Positions 1-11,110 of a stretch of DNA of 64,000 nt are shown in pieces. Source of the stretch: Lama guanicoe (lineage: Eukaryota); NCBI GenBank assembly GCA_013239625.1, contig MU053588.1:1451988-1515987 (forward strand), given 5' to 3'. Made by a program: the position numbers and the translations under genes. Position 1 is the stretch's first letter, and every line of letters begins with the position of its first letter. Under the pieces are notes generated by a model, which was given only the letters and a program-made list of their open reading frames with translations, searched no databases and was not told the DNA's origin.

Positions 1-2350
1 AAGTTCCGTATGTTTCCATGAAGGAGGAAAGCCTGTGAATCTGAGTCTAGAACCCAATTCCAGCTTGCATGTAAATGTAAAGTGTGTTAATAGACACGGA
101 TGCTCCAGGAATGCAGCTACTGGATCAATCGGAAGATTGTCTTTGACTTTGTCGGCACTTTGCTGCTTGTGCCGTAGGTGAGAAAAACCACAGGATCTCT
201 TCATCACAGTGGTGCCCACTGTGGGTCTTATGAAGCTTTAGGGATCCACAGAGAGGTCCGAACATCCTGGGGCTCTATCATATTCCCAGGGGAGATTTAA
301 AAATCCAAACTCTGAATCAGGTCTGCATTTGTAACAAATTCACAAGAGATGCTGATGGCTACACTCTGTGGACCACACTTTGGGTAGCTGAATCTTATTG
401 GAATCAAGCCCAAGCATCATTTCCATATTGAAATATGTATTCTTTTAATTATAAATTTCTCTCCTTTTCCCTCACGTTTACACTATATATGTATGAGGGG
501 CATTTTATTAACATTTAAAGAATCTCAGTTGAGGCAGTTTCACTATCTAAGTATTTCATTTCAAGATAGTAAAGGCTGCACGAGACATTATTTACTACCT
601 ACGGTGGTAGGGGTTGGTTGGCTCTGACAGAGAAGCAACCAGTATGGCCAGGTGAGTGGGGACGCAGGTGCATCTCACTGCTGGAGGTGTGGTTGGGAAG
701 TTGGGGGAAAAACCCTGCCAGTCTGGTTCGCAGAAGTGGAAAATTCCTGAATCTCAGGGCACTGGGAGGCAGGCTGCATCAATAGTTCCAATGACATTAG
801 AAGCTCCACGACCTTGGCTTTCCTGCCTCTCGTTCTCCTATCCTGTTAACAGGAGTGCGGAGGCAAGCTTCACAGTGTAATCATTCCAGGAAAGGAACTG
901 GACTGGGAATGGGCCTCGTATGTGGAAAGGCGGGGGAGGGGGTGTTGAGGGGAGCAGGTAACTAGTTAACACATCTCTTCTTTCAGAAGGGTGGGACAGA
1001 TTTGAAAGGAGGCTAACTCCCTAGAGGTAGGATTTATTAGATGGTTTCAGTAATCTAGCTCCTTCCCCCAGGCAATTCAGCCCTGGCAGGCCCTTCTCTC
1101 CTTTGAGGGGGCGTGGCGTGTGGATATTGGTGGGGAGATGGAATTTCAGGTAAAACCCTCTCAGCTCCCCACCCAACCCAGCCTCTTGGGGGTCAAGAAC
1201 AGGAAAGAGCCACAAACCCCCACAAAACTTCTTCGCCCCAAAGAAAAAAATTCCTCCTACTGAAACCACACTTGGAAATAATCAAGACCTTAAGAAAAGT
1301 TCTGGCCAGAGGTAATTTTCTAGGTTAAACATAACAACAACAGAAGAGGCTTTAAAGATCAAAACACCAGCCTGTTCCAATGGGACACACACCTAGAAGG
1401 CTTTGAAAAGAAAGAGCTGAGAGGGGCAAGTTGCTGGAAGGACCAAGGAGGGCCTGGAGGGACAGCAGTGAGTAGGGAAGGTCTGTACAAAGTGGAAGGT
1501 GAGGGGTAGGAGGGCCCTCCCTGGAGGGGGAGATGGCCCTGGAGGGTACTGAGGGGCTGCCTCCTTCCAGAGGAATCCACCATACCTAATGCCCTCAGGA
1601 CTGTCTAGCCAGAATATCCAAAACAGCAGACCAGGTGAGCATCCCTACCAAGGGCTTCAGCCAGGGCTGTGGCATCTGGTGTACCACGCCCAGTAACATT
1701 ACTGCATACCGCTGATGGCCCATTTTGTAATTAAAGGTCATCCCATATAGTTAAGAAGACATTAATAATTCCCAAGTGGACAAAGTTGTTGCAGTTCCCT
1801 TTAAAAAGGGATAGACTCTATCTTTTAAAGATAATATTAAAGTATTTTTGGAGGAAATGATAGGCTGTCTGGGATTACATTAGAATAATCCCCTGGGAGG
1901 ATGGGTAAAGATATAGATTAAAAAAAGATTGACTACAAATATGAAAAGGAATATAAGTATGTTCATGTATGACTGAAGCATTATGCTATACACCAGAAAT
2001 TGACACAACATTGTAAACTGACTGTACTTCAATAAATATATATATATATATACAAAAAAAGATTGACCACAAATTAAAATAAACACGTGAAGAGGTGCTC
2101 AGCCTCCTTAATCAAGAGGGAAATGCAAATTACAACTACTACATATCCACCAGCATGGTTGAAACCAAAAAGCGAAAAAAACAAGAACAAATCAAACACA
2201 AGTAAACTAATGCTAGCGAGAGTGTGCAGCAATTGATTGGCACTCTCTTACATGGCTTGTGGGTGTGAGGGTGAAAGTACTACATTAGAGAATTGTTTGG
2301 CTTCACCTGATAGAGATGAATGTATGCCTACAACATGACATGTGTTAACC
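1..2350. repeat. Segmental duplication block: 5' flank of an FBXO27-like unit
   Basis: Aligns by eye to ~38409-39750, ~11725-12408 and ~24260-25890. Confidence 0.9.
1941..2053 (+). mobile_element. 5'-truncated L1 3' tail with TSD
   Basis: Contains caccagaaattgacacaacattgtaaactgac..aataaa; TSD aaaaaagattgac(t/c)acaaat at 1921-1940 and 2055-2074. Confidence 0.8.
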
Positions 2351-2770
2351 TAAAACTATAAAATCACCAGTTATTTTATCAGCAAAACAGGGCTTATTCA
2401 GAAACAGCAAGAAATTGCAATTTGGGATGTGCAACAATGGTGAACCACATACAAGCCCCCTAAAGCAAGGGAGAGAACTTTTTTATGAAGAGAGGGAAAG
2501 TTTGAAGGGACTGTTATAAACAAAAATTCATTGCAAAAAAGGAGATGCTCTGAGTGTAGAAGTTTTTCATTGGCCGAGGTGGGACAGTCTCTTATTGGCT
2601 GAGCTGTTGCCAGGCAAGAAGAAAATCTGTCCTCCTGTTGGCTGTAGTAGCATCACTTCCAGAGATGCAAGGTAGGTCTCTTCCTTGTATTGACATGGTG
2701 GGGTGCTTGCATAAGAGCTCCCCTTTCTGGCCTTCTGATTCCATATTAGTGTGGTTTCCTTTTCTCTTGC
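2340..2770 (-). mobile_element. LTR-like element (family not assigned)
   Basis: Starts at tgt where paralogy to ~25890 ends; carries minus-strand poly(A)-like and TATA-like motifs. Confidence 0.4.
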
Positions 2771-4089
2771 AGAAGAAATTCTCCTGGAATTGTGATTCCT
2801 GCCATCCTGCCTCCTTCCCTGTGAGGCTGCATGATTCCCCTCCCTTCCCCATCCTCCCAGCCCCTCCTGCTGTCCCTGAAGAAATCTGATTCACTCTGGA
2901 ATCTTCCCCTTCCCCTCCCTGCTCCCCATCAACCCCCCTGACCAGGTGCTTTCTTCATCCCTCTGGCCCTGCTTCTGTCTGCTCCTCTCATTCTCCCTGG
3001 GAGTCCTGGGGTCCCAGAGGCTCTCAGCAAGGTGCCCTGGTGCAAATCCACCTGCCCTTTCCAAGTAAGTGTCTTCCACTCCTTCCCGGGCATTACCCAG
3101 CAAGGTCCAGTCACTTGGGGGCTCAGGAACCCCACACTGGTTGCTGTGGGAGCCTAGGTTGGTGGTTTTCCTGAGCCTCAATTATCTGCCTCTGTTAAAT
3201 GGGTGCATCTATCTGTGTGGGAAATGATTCTGGTGCCCAGACTATAGTTAGCGCTCTCCTAAGGGGGCTGCTGTTGTCCTTACTCACTGTGTGATTGCTC
3301 CTTGTGTTCCCACAAACCTGCCTCCTGGTCCTTGATCTTGAGGTGCTGGTGCACAGGGGTAGTAAGACCCTGGACTTGGACCCTCTGCACCCAGACTTCC
3401 TGGGTTTTAATCCCAGCTTCACTGCTTACCTGCTGTGTAAACTTGGGCAAATGACTTCACCTCTCTGGTCTCAGCCTTCTCATCAAAGGAGTCATATTAG
3501 TGAGACCTAACTGTGAGGAGTCAATGAGATACTACCTGTGAGGCAGCAAAGCAGATCATGGTGTGTGGCGTGGTTTTCACAGGTTTTCGTTCAGGAAGCT
3601 TTTGCACAGCTAAAGATTATAACCTCAGAGAGCTTAGTTTATGTGAGTTGCATTTGTAATAGTCACTATGTCGGAAACTAAAAAGGGGGCATTTGAAACT
3701 ATTGATTAAATAATTTAAAAATGAGTGTTTATAAACCCATTCAATAGTAAGCTAAATGACATTTTTTGCGGTAAATAACTACAATCTACACAGAAAGGAA
3801 ATGGAGTGAGAAGAGTGGCATCATTTTACATCTTTTTAAGTCTCTTTGCTGACAGGCATTCTCCTTTACATCTGGTTCTGCTCCAGTCTGTCTCCATATG
3901 TCACTTTGGTTGATGTTCATGTAGAAAATTTCACCTCACATAGACACAGTTGAAACAGGGAGGAGGATTTTAATAGGAGTTTCAGGTAATTGTGGCTATT
4001 CCTTTTTTTGCTACAGCTCCAAAATTCAGCACACAGTAGTTTCTTTCTCTCTTTAAAATTGTTTTAGCTTTGCTCTTTGCTCTTACAAA

Positions 4090-5170
4090 GGAAACAATAA
4101 GGAAAACAAAAAGACAACCTATGGAATGGGAGAAAATATTTGCAAATGATGAGACCAAAGGGAGTGATTTCCAAAATATACAAGTAGCTCATACGACTCA
4201 ATATAAATAAAAAACAAAAACAAACGACCTAATCCAAAAATGGGCAGAAGATCTAAAGAGATCGTTCTCCAAAGAAGACATACAGATGGACAACAGGCAC
4301 AGGAAGAGATGCTCAACAGCACTAATTATTGGAAAAATGCAAGTCGTAACTACAATGAGGTATCACCTCAAACCAGGCCGAGTGGCCATCATCAAAAAGT
4401 CCACAAATAATAAATGCTGAAGAGGGTGTGGAGAAAAGAGAACCTTCTTACACTCTTGGTGGGAATGTAAATTAGTGTATCCACTATGGAGAACAGTATG
4501 GAGGTTCCTTAAGAAATGAAAAATAGACTTACCACATGATCCAGCAATCCCATTGTTGACATATATTTGGAGAAAACTCTAATTCAAAAAGATACATGCA
4601 CCCCAATGTTAATAGCAGCGCTATTGACAATAGCCAAGACGTGGAAACAACCTAGATGTCCATCGACAGATGACTGGATAAAGAAGTTGTGGCATGTATA
4701 TATATATATATACTACTCAGCCATAAAAATAAATGAAATAATGCCATTTGCAGCAACATGGATGGACTAGAGATTGTCGTACTAAGTAATGTAAGTCAGA
4801 GAAAGTCAAATACTATATGATGTCACTTTTATGTGGAATCTAAAACAAAACAAAACAAAAAGATAGAAATGAACTTATTTACAGAACAGAGACTCACAGA
4901 CATAGAAAACAAACTATGGTTACCAAGAGACAAAGTAGGGTAAGGATAAATTGGAAGTTTGGCATTGAAAGATTCAAACTGCTATGTACAGAATAGATAA
5001 ACAACCTGGTCCTGCTATATAGCACAGGGAACTATATTCAATAGCTTGTAGTAACCTGAAATGAAAAAGAATATGAAAAAGAATACATACATGTATAACT
5101 GAATCACTGTGCTGTACATGAGAAACTAATAAAACATGGTAAATCAACTATATTTCAATTAAAAAATTAA
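4090..5170 (+). mobile_element. L1 fragment: end of ORF2 plus 3' UTR
   Basis: ORF2 C-terminal peptide [36 protein letters not shown]-rich tail. Confidence 0.92.
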
Positions 5171-6310
5171 AATTTAACACTATTTTAGCTTTTTATTTTG
5201 AAATAAAATTAGACTTACAGAAGACTTGCAAAGGTAGTACAGAGTTTCTGTGCACCTTTCATCCCCCTTCCCCTGATGTTAATCTGTTTAGTATCCACGC
5301 AAAATCAGTAGGTACAAAATTACCGCTATCCACCAATTACCATTGGGATAACTTTGTAACTGTTTAACTCATATTCTTTTTCTACTGAATATGTATCTCC
5401 AGAAAGTAATCCAGAATACAAATACAAGGATACATACAAATATATATAAGTATGTCCGTTCAATTTAATTTGCTATATGTAATACACACATACCTACATA
5501 TATGCATATTATGTACAATAGGACACAGAAGGGTTATCTCAAAATTATGTGGTGGCTTTTCTTTCAGGTGTGGTCTCCACCTTTCTCTTCCTGGAAATGC
5601 CTCTCCTATCTTTTAGATTCCTCCAGTTGATCCCAAAATATCCTCCAGAATTGACACAACATTGTAAGCGGACTATATGTCAATAAAAAAGAAAATAAAC
5701 TATTTTTAAAAATGTCATCCAGAGCTGAATTGTCCAAACCAAACCAGTATTTACTCCTAGAAGACTCACACCACATGTGGTCCTGGTTCTTAGGTCTGTT
5801 TCAATTGTCACAGTCCCCTTTGGATGATCCTGGCAGAGAATCTCCCCCTTGGGGTGCGTCTGCATGGTAAGGGGTGCAGTTCAGGGTGGGGACCTCACAT
5901 CCTTTGCATCACATCAGGAGATCTGGAACTTCTTAGGGATCCAGCAGCAGTGAGATCATGGCCCCTGGGCTGGGGTGGGGACAGCCTGATCCTGTCAGTG
6001 CCTGGTTCTCTCTCACCTTCAGAACTAGAAACTCACAATGTGGTGTCGCTGTGACACTGTACCCACACCTGCCACCTGCCTAATGCTTTTAACCCTGATT
6101 GATAACCTTCGCTGGGATGCTTCCCTTAGGGTTTAGGAAATAGGGTTTTACCTCTTCCACTCTTTCCACTGGAGACCATCTTGGTGTTTTCTTCTGTAGA
6201 GTTTTCCCTCCTCATTTGGGATAACTCTTCACTCTGAACCCATAGTCAGAGAAAGACAGCAACATTGTATTTCTATTAAAAAGATCTGTGACACTTGTCA
6301 AAATAATACA

Positions 6311-6316
6311 TTTATT
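6311..6316 (-). terminator. Polyadenylation signal AATAAA, copy 1
   Basis: About 670 nt past the stop codon; conserved at the paralogous position in all three copies. Confidence 0.65.
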
Positions 6317-6984
6317 ATCTATGATTGGCAGATATAGTGCTGCCAGTATTTCAAAAGGATTTAAAAATAACAAAAGAACTTTATACACCATATAAGTTGG
6401 GGTAGAGTTGGGCTCAGGGGACCACTTCATTTTTCACAGAGTAGGCAGAAACGTCAAACTCCAAACTTGTTTTGAGGTAGTTGACTTTCAGCTGTGAGTC
6501 CTGGTCCCAGTCTTGAAACCTCAGGAGGTTAAGTCCACCACCCGAGGAGGAGGGAATTCTCTCAGCCATAGGGACGAGGCTCCAGTCAGAGAGGAGGAGA
6601 AGGCTTCCCAGAAGGCAGCGATAAAGCCTGTTGAGCAGAAACAGAGGAGACAAGGGCAGAGGGGACTGGGGCTGAAACAGAAGGGCCTTGGGGGGAGGGG
6701 GAGGAGTCGTCTCCAGTTCCAGCATTTCCCTGTGCTCACCCGGGGGTCCCCACTCAGTGGAACAGGGGCTGCCTTAGAGAAACAGCAGCAGTTAAATCTG
6801 ATGGAGGAACTCTTCGAGTAGCTTCCAGAAACTGAAGACAGGGCCCAATAAGACCCTTGAATGGACTCAGGAGATCAAGATGCCAGGTAGCTACAAGCCC
6901 TTGATTAACGAACAAGATGTCCCAGCTAATGGTCGCAGCTCCTGGAAGGCACAGTCAGGTGGTTTTGCAAGGACAGTCCTTTGA

Positions 6985-7128
6985 CTAGGACAGAACGACC
7001 TGCACGATCACACTGGAGTTGGGCAGATAGATTCCATAATGTTTGGAACAGAACTCCATTTCACGGACCCAGTGTTCAAGAGACACAAAGCGGACGCCCT
7101 TCTTGAGGTTGGAGAACACATGGCTGAC
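6985..7128 (-). CDS. FBXO27-like: Copy 1 last coding exon (144 nt)
   Basis: cctacag| [47 protein letters not shown]. Confidence 0.93.
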   Translation of the reverse strand, partial: VSHVFSNLKKGVRFVSLEHWVREMEFCSKHYGIYLPNSSVIVQVVLS

Positions 7129-9590
7129 CTGTAGGCACAGAAAGAGGTAAGTCCCATTGTGCCATGGCCTTGTCCTCAAAAGCTGAGGTTGGGGCCTTCT
7201 GGCAGGTGGAATTTTCCACAGATGGCTGCAACAGCACCTCCAGTGCCCCCTGTACTTCTAGAATCAGACCACTCCTCATCCAGAGGTGGCGTCTAATCCC
7301 CACTCCCCTTGAATCTGGGCGGGTTTGCTTGTAACCAAGAGTGTGGTAGACATGATGCTGAGTAACTTTCACCTAGTGGCCTCCAAGGCTGGGTCAGAAA
7401 GGCAACGCAGCTTCTGCTGGTTTCTCATTCTGCTGGTCGGAACCCTCATGGGGGAGCCCTGAGCCCCCAGGAAGCAGTCTGACTGGCCTGAAGCTGCCAT
7501 GCTGTGAGGAAGCCCAAACTAGGCCACGGACAGAGGTCCCACAGCCAAGCTCTGAGACTAAACCAGGAGATGCTGGCCACCCACCAGCTGCTGTGTGCAC
7601 ACTGCACCCAGCCTGCCCCCAGCTCCAGCCAGTGTCTAAATGCAACTGTGTGAGAGTTAGAGCCAGAAGCTCCCAGCAGAGCCCCACTCAGAAACCAGGA
7701 GAGGTGATAGAATCACTGCCGTTTGTATTAAGCCACTAAACTTTAGGGCAAATTTTTTATGGAGAAATAAATTGATCATCGTAAGCCCCACATTCCTTTC
7801 CCCTCACCCCAGAGACTCACCTCAAGGAAGGAAGTGTGTCTCCTGTTCCGGATGGGGAAAAGCGTAGTAGAAAATTGATCCAGAATGGCCTGGTTGGCAT
7901 CTAGAAGTTGGATGGTTAGCCGATATATAGAGTTAATGTCTTGTTGGGCTGTCCACCTGTGGGAAAAGGGAGAACTTGAAGGCTGGACTTACCACCCATC
8001 TCTTTGGCTGGGCCTGCCTCCTCCACCTGGCTGGACTTCCCATGTGTGCAAATCCAAAATGTGGTCCCAGGGACTAGCACCATCTCTGTCACTTGGGGGC
8101 TTGGCTCACCTGCACTGATGAACTAGCAGTGCTCTTCAAGTTACTTCCCCCATAGGCTTGTCCAAAGGTATGGTCTTTGCCCTCTGCTTTGGGGAGGTAA
8201 TCTCTGGACCCTTTGAATATTATGCTGACAGGAGTATCTTTGTTTGCCTGGGGTCCTTGGGTCATATTGGATGGCCTGCCAATGTGATTTGGTGGCTGCT
8301 GGCCACACCCACATAGATGGTCTTACAATAGGGAACAGCCACCCACGGAACATAGGAGTTCCTAAGCAGCTCACACTTCAAAGCACTGGCTGTGTGCTTG
8401 ACATATAACCTTGTCTTATGAAGATAGGGTAACTGAGGCACATTGACTTGCCCCACAAAGCTGCAAAGCCAGGGTGCAAACCTGAGGGTCTGGCTCCAGA
8501 ATCTGAACTCTTACCCAACGATCCTATCTTGCCTCGTCCTGAAGTAAGAATCGTCTCATTCACAGACAAGTCTGAATTGAGCCCAAGTCCTCTGTGTTGG
8601 ACCCTGCCTGATATCTTCCAATCCAGTTCCCTCTGGGGGATAGGATAGGGGTTCAGGGAGGGCACTCTGCTAATTCCTAAAACTCTGATGGTGATTAAGT
8701 CATTTCCCGACCTGCTTTATCCTAAGGGATTGTGTTAGGAGGCCTGGATGGAGGAGTCACCTGTAAAAGAGCAGGGCTCAGCCCAGGGCTGTTTTTATCA
8801 TCACACTCACCAGTCAGAGAAACAAATCTCAATCTTGCCACTATCCAGGAGTTCAGGCCAGAAACCCTCCTCCTCCAGGTCCAACACTTGCTTCTTCTTA
8901 TGATACCACCTACAAAAGAGGGAGAAAGGTGAATGAGACTAGGCAAAGACTCACAACCAACCCGCTGGCCCTTGGGGGATAAAAGGTATTAACCTGTAGG
9001 GAGACCGGAAGCAGACCCGCAAAGGGGCCCTAGGCATAACCTCCCAGCTTTCCTCCATAGCCAGGTCGCCCAAATCCTGCACCATCATTGATTTCTGGAG
9101 GCTTCCTGTTAAAGAAAAATATTTGTCTCGGTTACTCGTCCTCCAGCTGCCCGCGGTCCCAGGGAGAAGTCCAGTGGTTTCCCGTGTGGTCCCGCCCCTC
9201 CAGCCCCTCCCACCGGCTCCCTTGAGGACGATCCCCTTTCCTGGGCTCCCCACCTTCTCTCTCACGTTTGCACAGCAGGTTGCGTCCTATGGGTCCGCGC
9301 GCGCAGAAGCGGCCCAGGAGGCAGGCACTGGCGGCGTCGGCGCGCGGCAGGCAGCTGCGGACGACCGGCCACAGGGCGCGGTGGTCCCGGGCCAGGATCT
9401 TCAGCCACAGGCCCGGGGCGTCCACCAGGGCGCGCCAGCGCCGGCACACCTGGCGGCAGCGGCCGAGCAGCGTGCGCGGGGGCAGGAGGCTCAGCACCGC
9501 CAGGAGCAGCTCCGGGGGCAGCTGGCTCAAATCCAGCACGTTCTCAGATTCCGTCTCCAGCGGGGGAACCCTGGAGGCCGAGGCGTCCAT
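6985..9590 (-). CDS. FBXO27-like: FBXO27-like F-box/FBA-domain protein, copy 1, intact, 275 aa; coding exons 9254-9590, 8994-9105, 8811-8909, 7821-7956, 6985-7128
   Basis: Manual splicing gives 337+112+99+136+144=828 nt in one open frame with GT-AG introns and ATG in gagaccATGG context. Motifs [58 protein letters not shown] and [22 protein letters not shown] match my recollection of FBXO27. Confidence 0.93.
7215..7780 (+). mobile_element. MaLR (MLT1-like) LTR in the last intron; paralogs at ~20535-21075 and ~31525-32060
   Basis: Motifs ccccttgaatctggg, gccatgctgtgaggaagccca and ttaagccactaaa..ggggcaatttgttatgcagcaata. Confidence 0.65.
7821..7956 (-). CDS. FBXO27-like: Copy 1 coding exon 4 (136 nt)
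   Basis: cccacag| [45 protein letters not shown] |gtgagt. Confidence 0.92.
8811..8909 (-). CDS. FBXO27-like: Copy 1 coding exon 3 (99 nt)
   Basis: ttttgtag| [33 protein letters not shown] |gtgagt; one codon longer than copies 2 and 3 (96 nt). Confidence 0.92.
8994..9105 (-). CDS. FBXO27-like: Copy 1 coding exon 2 (112 nt)
   Basis: ttaacag| ... TACAG|gttaat; [38 protein letters not shown]; same length in all three copies. Confidence 0.88.
9254..9590 (-). CDS. FBXO27-like: Copy 1 first coding exon (F-box domain)
   Basis: [10 protein letters not shown]...[11 protein letters not shown]; donor G|gtgggg; acceptor ctccagcag| 26 nt upstream of the ATG (exon starts at 9616). Confidence 0.92.
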
Positions 9591-9843
9591 GGTCTCCTCT
9601 CCAGGCCTGACTCTGACTGCTGGAGAGCCAGTATCAACATCAGGGACCTGCAGCCTCCGCCAGCCCCACCCCTACCACCCGCATCTCAACACTGTCAACC
9701 CTTAAGTTCCGTCAGCTGTCTTCCCAACTTCACCACTATCAGCCGGACCTTGCCAGCAGTCCATGTGAGCCCCGCTTCCGCCATGTGCACCACCAAACCC
9801 AGCAGCCAACCTCCTCCGTGGCCTCACCAACCGCCAGTCTTAC

Positions 9844-9930
9844 CCTGCATCTCCTCCAGTGCTCCTCGCCAGGGGGCTCTCACTTTGACTCAGGGGCCCC
9901 CATCTCCACTGCCCTTTTAATTGGCCAGGC
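9844..9930 (-). promoter_or_regulatory. Putative non-coding first exon and core promoter of copy 1
   Basis: Donor CAGG|gtaaga at 9844/9843, with paralogous donors near 22577 and 35602. AT-rich element ggccaattaaaa near 9915-9926. The transcription start is not determinable from sequence. Confidence 0.5.
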
Positions 9931-11008
9931 CCTCCCTTCTTAATACCCAGCACCAAGCCCCACCCTCCCTCCCAATACTCCCTATTACCAGTCAGTCTCT
10001 GCCTGCCCCTCCCTTCTTACTACCCTGCTGCCTCCGCCCTCTGCCTTGCCCAATCTTACAAGCCAGCCCCTCCCCGTCCTGCTCTCCCATACTCTCTAGT
10101 CACCCCCTTTTCAGGGTATGTTCTGACCCCTGGGTAACTAAGGTAGGAATCAGATGCGGCAGAGGAGGGAGGGGGCAGAGGCGCTGAGATCCAGAATCTG
10201 TCACTAGTCTTTGGGACCAGTGGCCCCTTGGAGTGTCCCTAACCTGCTGTAAGGCATTTGGTGCTGAACAACTGCAGTTATTTTGGTCAGGCTTCCTGCA
10301 TAAGCCTCATATCTGTTCCCTTCTGTAAAAGTTCCCGCCACCTTTAAGCACCGGGCATCACTGTCCCTGAGATCATTGCATAGGAGAAAACATGCTTCAG
10401 TAGGAAACAAATGTATTTCATCTGACTTCCTAAATGAGTGCTCCAACCAGTAATGACCCCAGCCGGCCTCATGGAGAGTTTTATTACTAGTCAGGGTAGC
10501 AAGTCCCTGAGGTAGGAATTGCTATGTCATCATTTCACATGTGAGAAAACTGAGGCCAAGTGACCTGTCCAAGGTGACAGCACTGGGATTTTAACCTAGC
10601 CTGGCTGTCTCTAGAATCCTGCTTTTAACCTCTATACTAACTCTATCCAATAAAAATGAAATGCAACCTACTCATATAATTTTGAGTATCAACAAGTAAA
10701 ACCAGACATGGATTCTGACCCAAATGGAACCTACCTTCTAGGGGGAGAGACACAGTAAACAGGAGGCAGAGTAAGCAAATTATGTACTGTTGGGGAAACC
10801 ATTAAAAGAAAAATCTCCTGTGAACCCTGAATATCCTTTCCATAAATGCAGAAAAGAATGAAACACTTTTATTATTGAAGAAGCATTAAATCAGACTATA
10901 AAGCACATGGGCCATGGTGACAGTAGACGTGATGTGTAAATTATGTGGTGTGATCAGCTCTGCGGGGAAGTAGAGCAGGGAAGGGAATGGTGGGTAAGCC
11001 ATCTGAGT

Positions 11009-11110
11009 GGGGAGATACAGCTCAGTGGTAGATAGGTGCTTGGCATGCACAAGGTCCTGGGATAAATCCCCAGTTCCTCTGTTAAGGAAAAAAAATTAAA
11101 AATAATTAAA
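11009..11110 (+). mobile_element. tRNA-derived SINE (vic-1-like)
   Basis: A box tacagctcagtggtaga, degenerate B box, A-rich tail; absent from the paralogous flanks. Confidence 0.85.

Noticed and set aside
1359..1583. 74-aa ORF repeated at 24909-25133
   Set aside because: Similarity is explained by duplication and conversion; no splice or domain support.
9123..9920. 265-aa plus-strand ORF
   Set aside because: Antisense shadow of the GC-rich F-box exon; low-complexity product and extent not conserved between copies.
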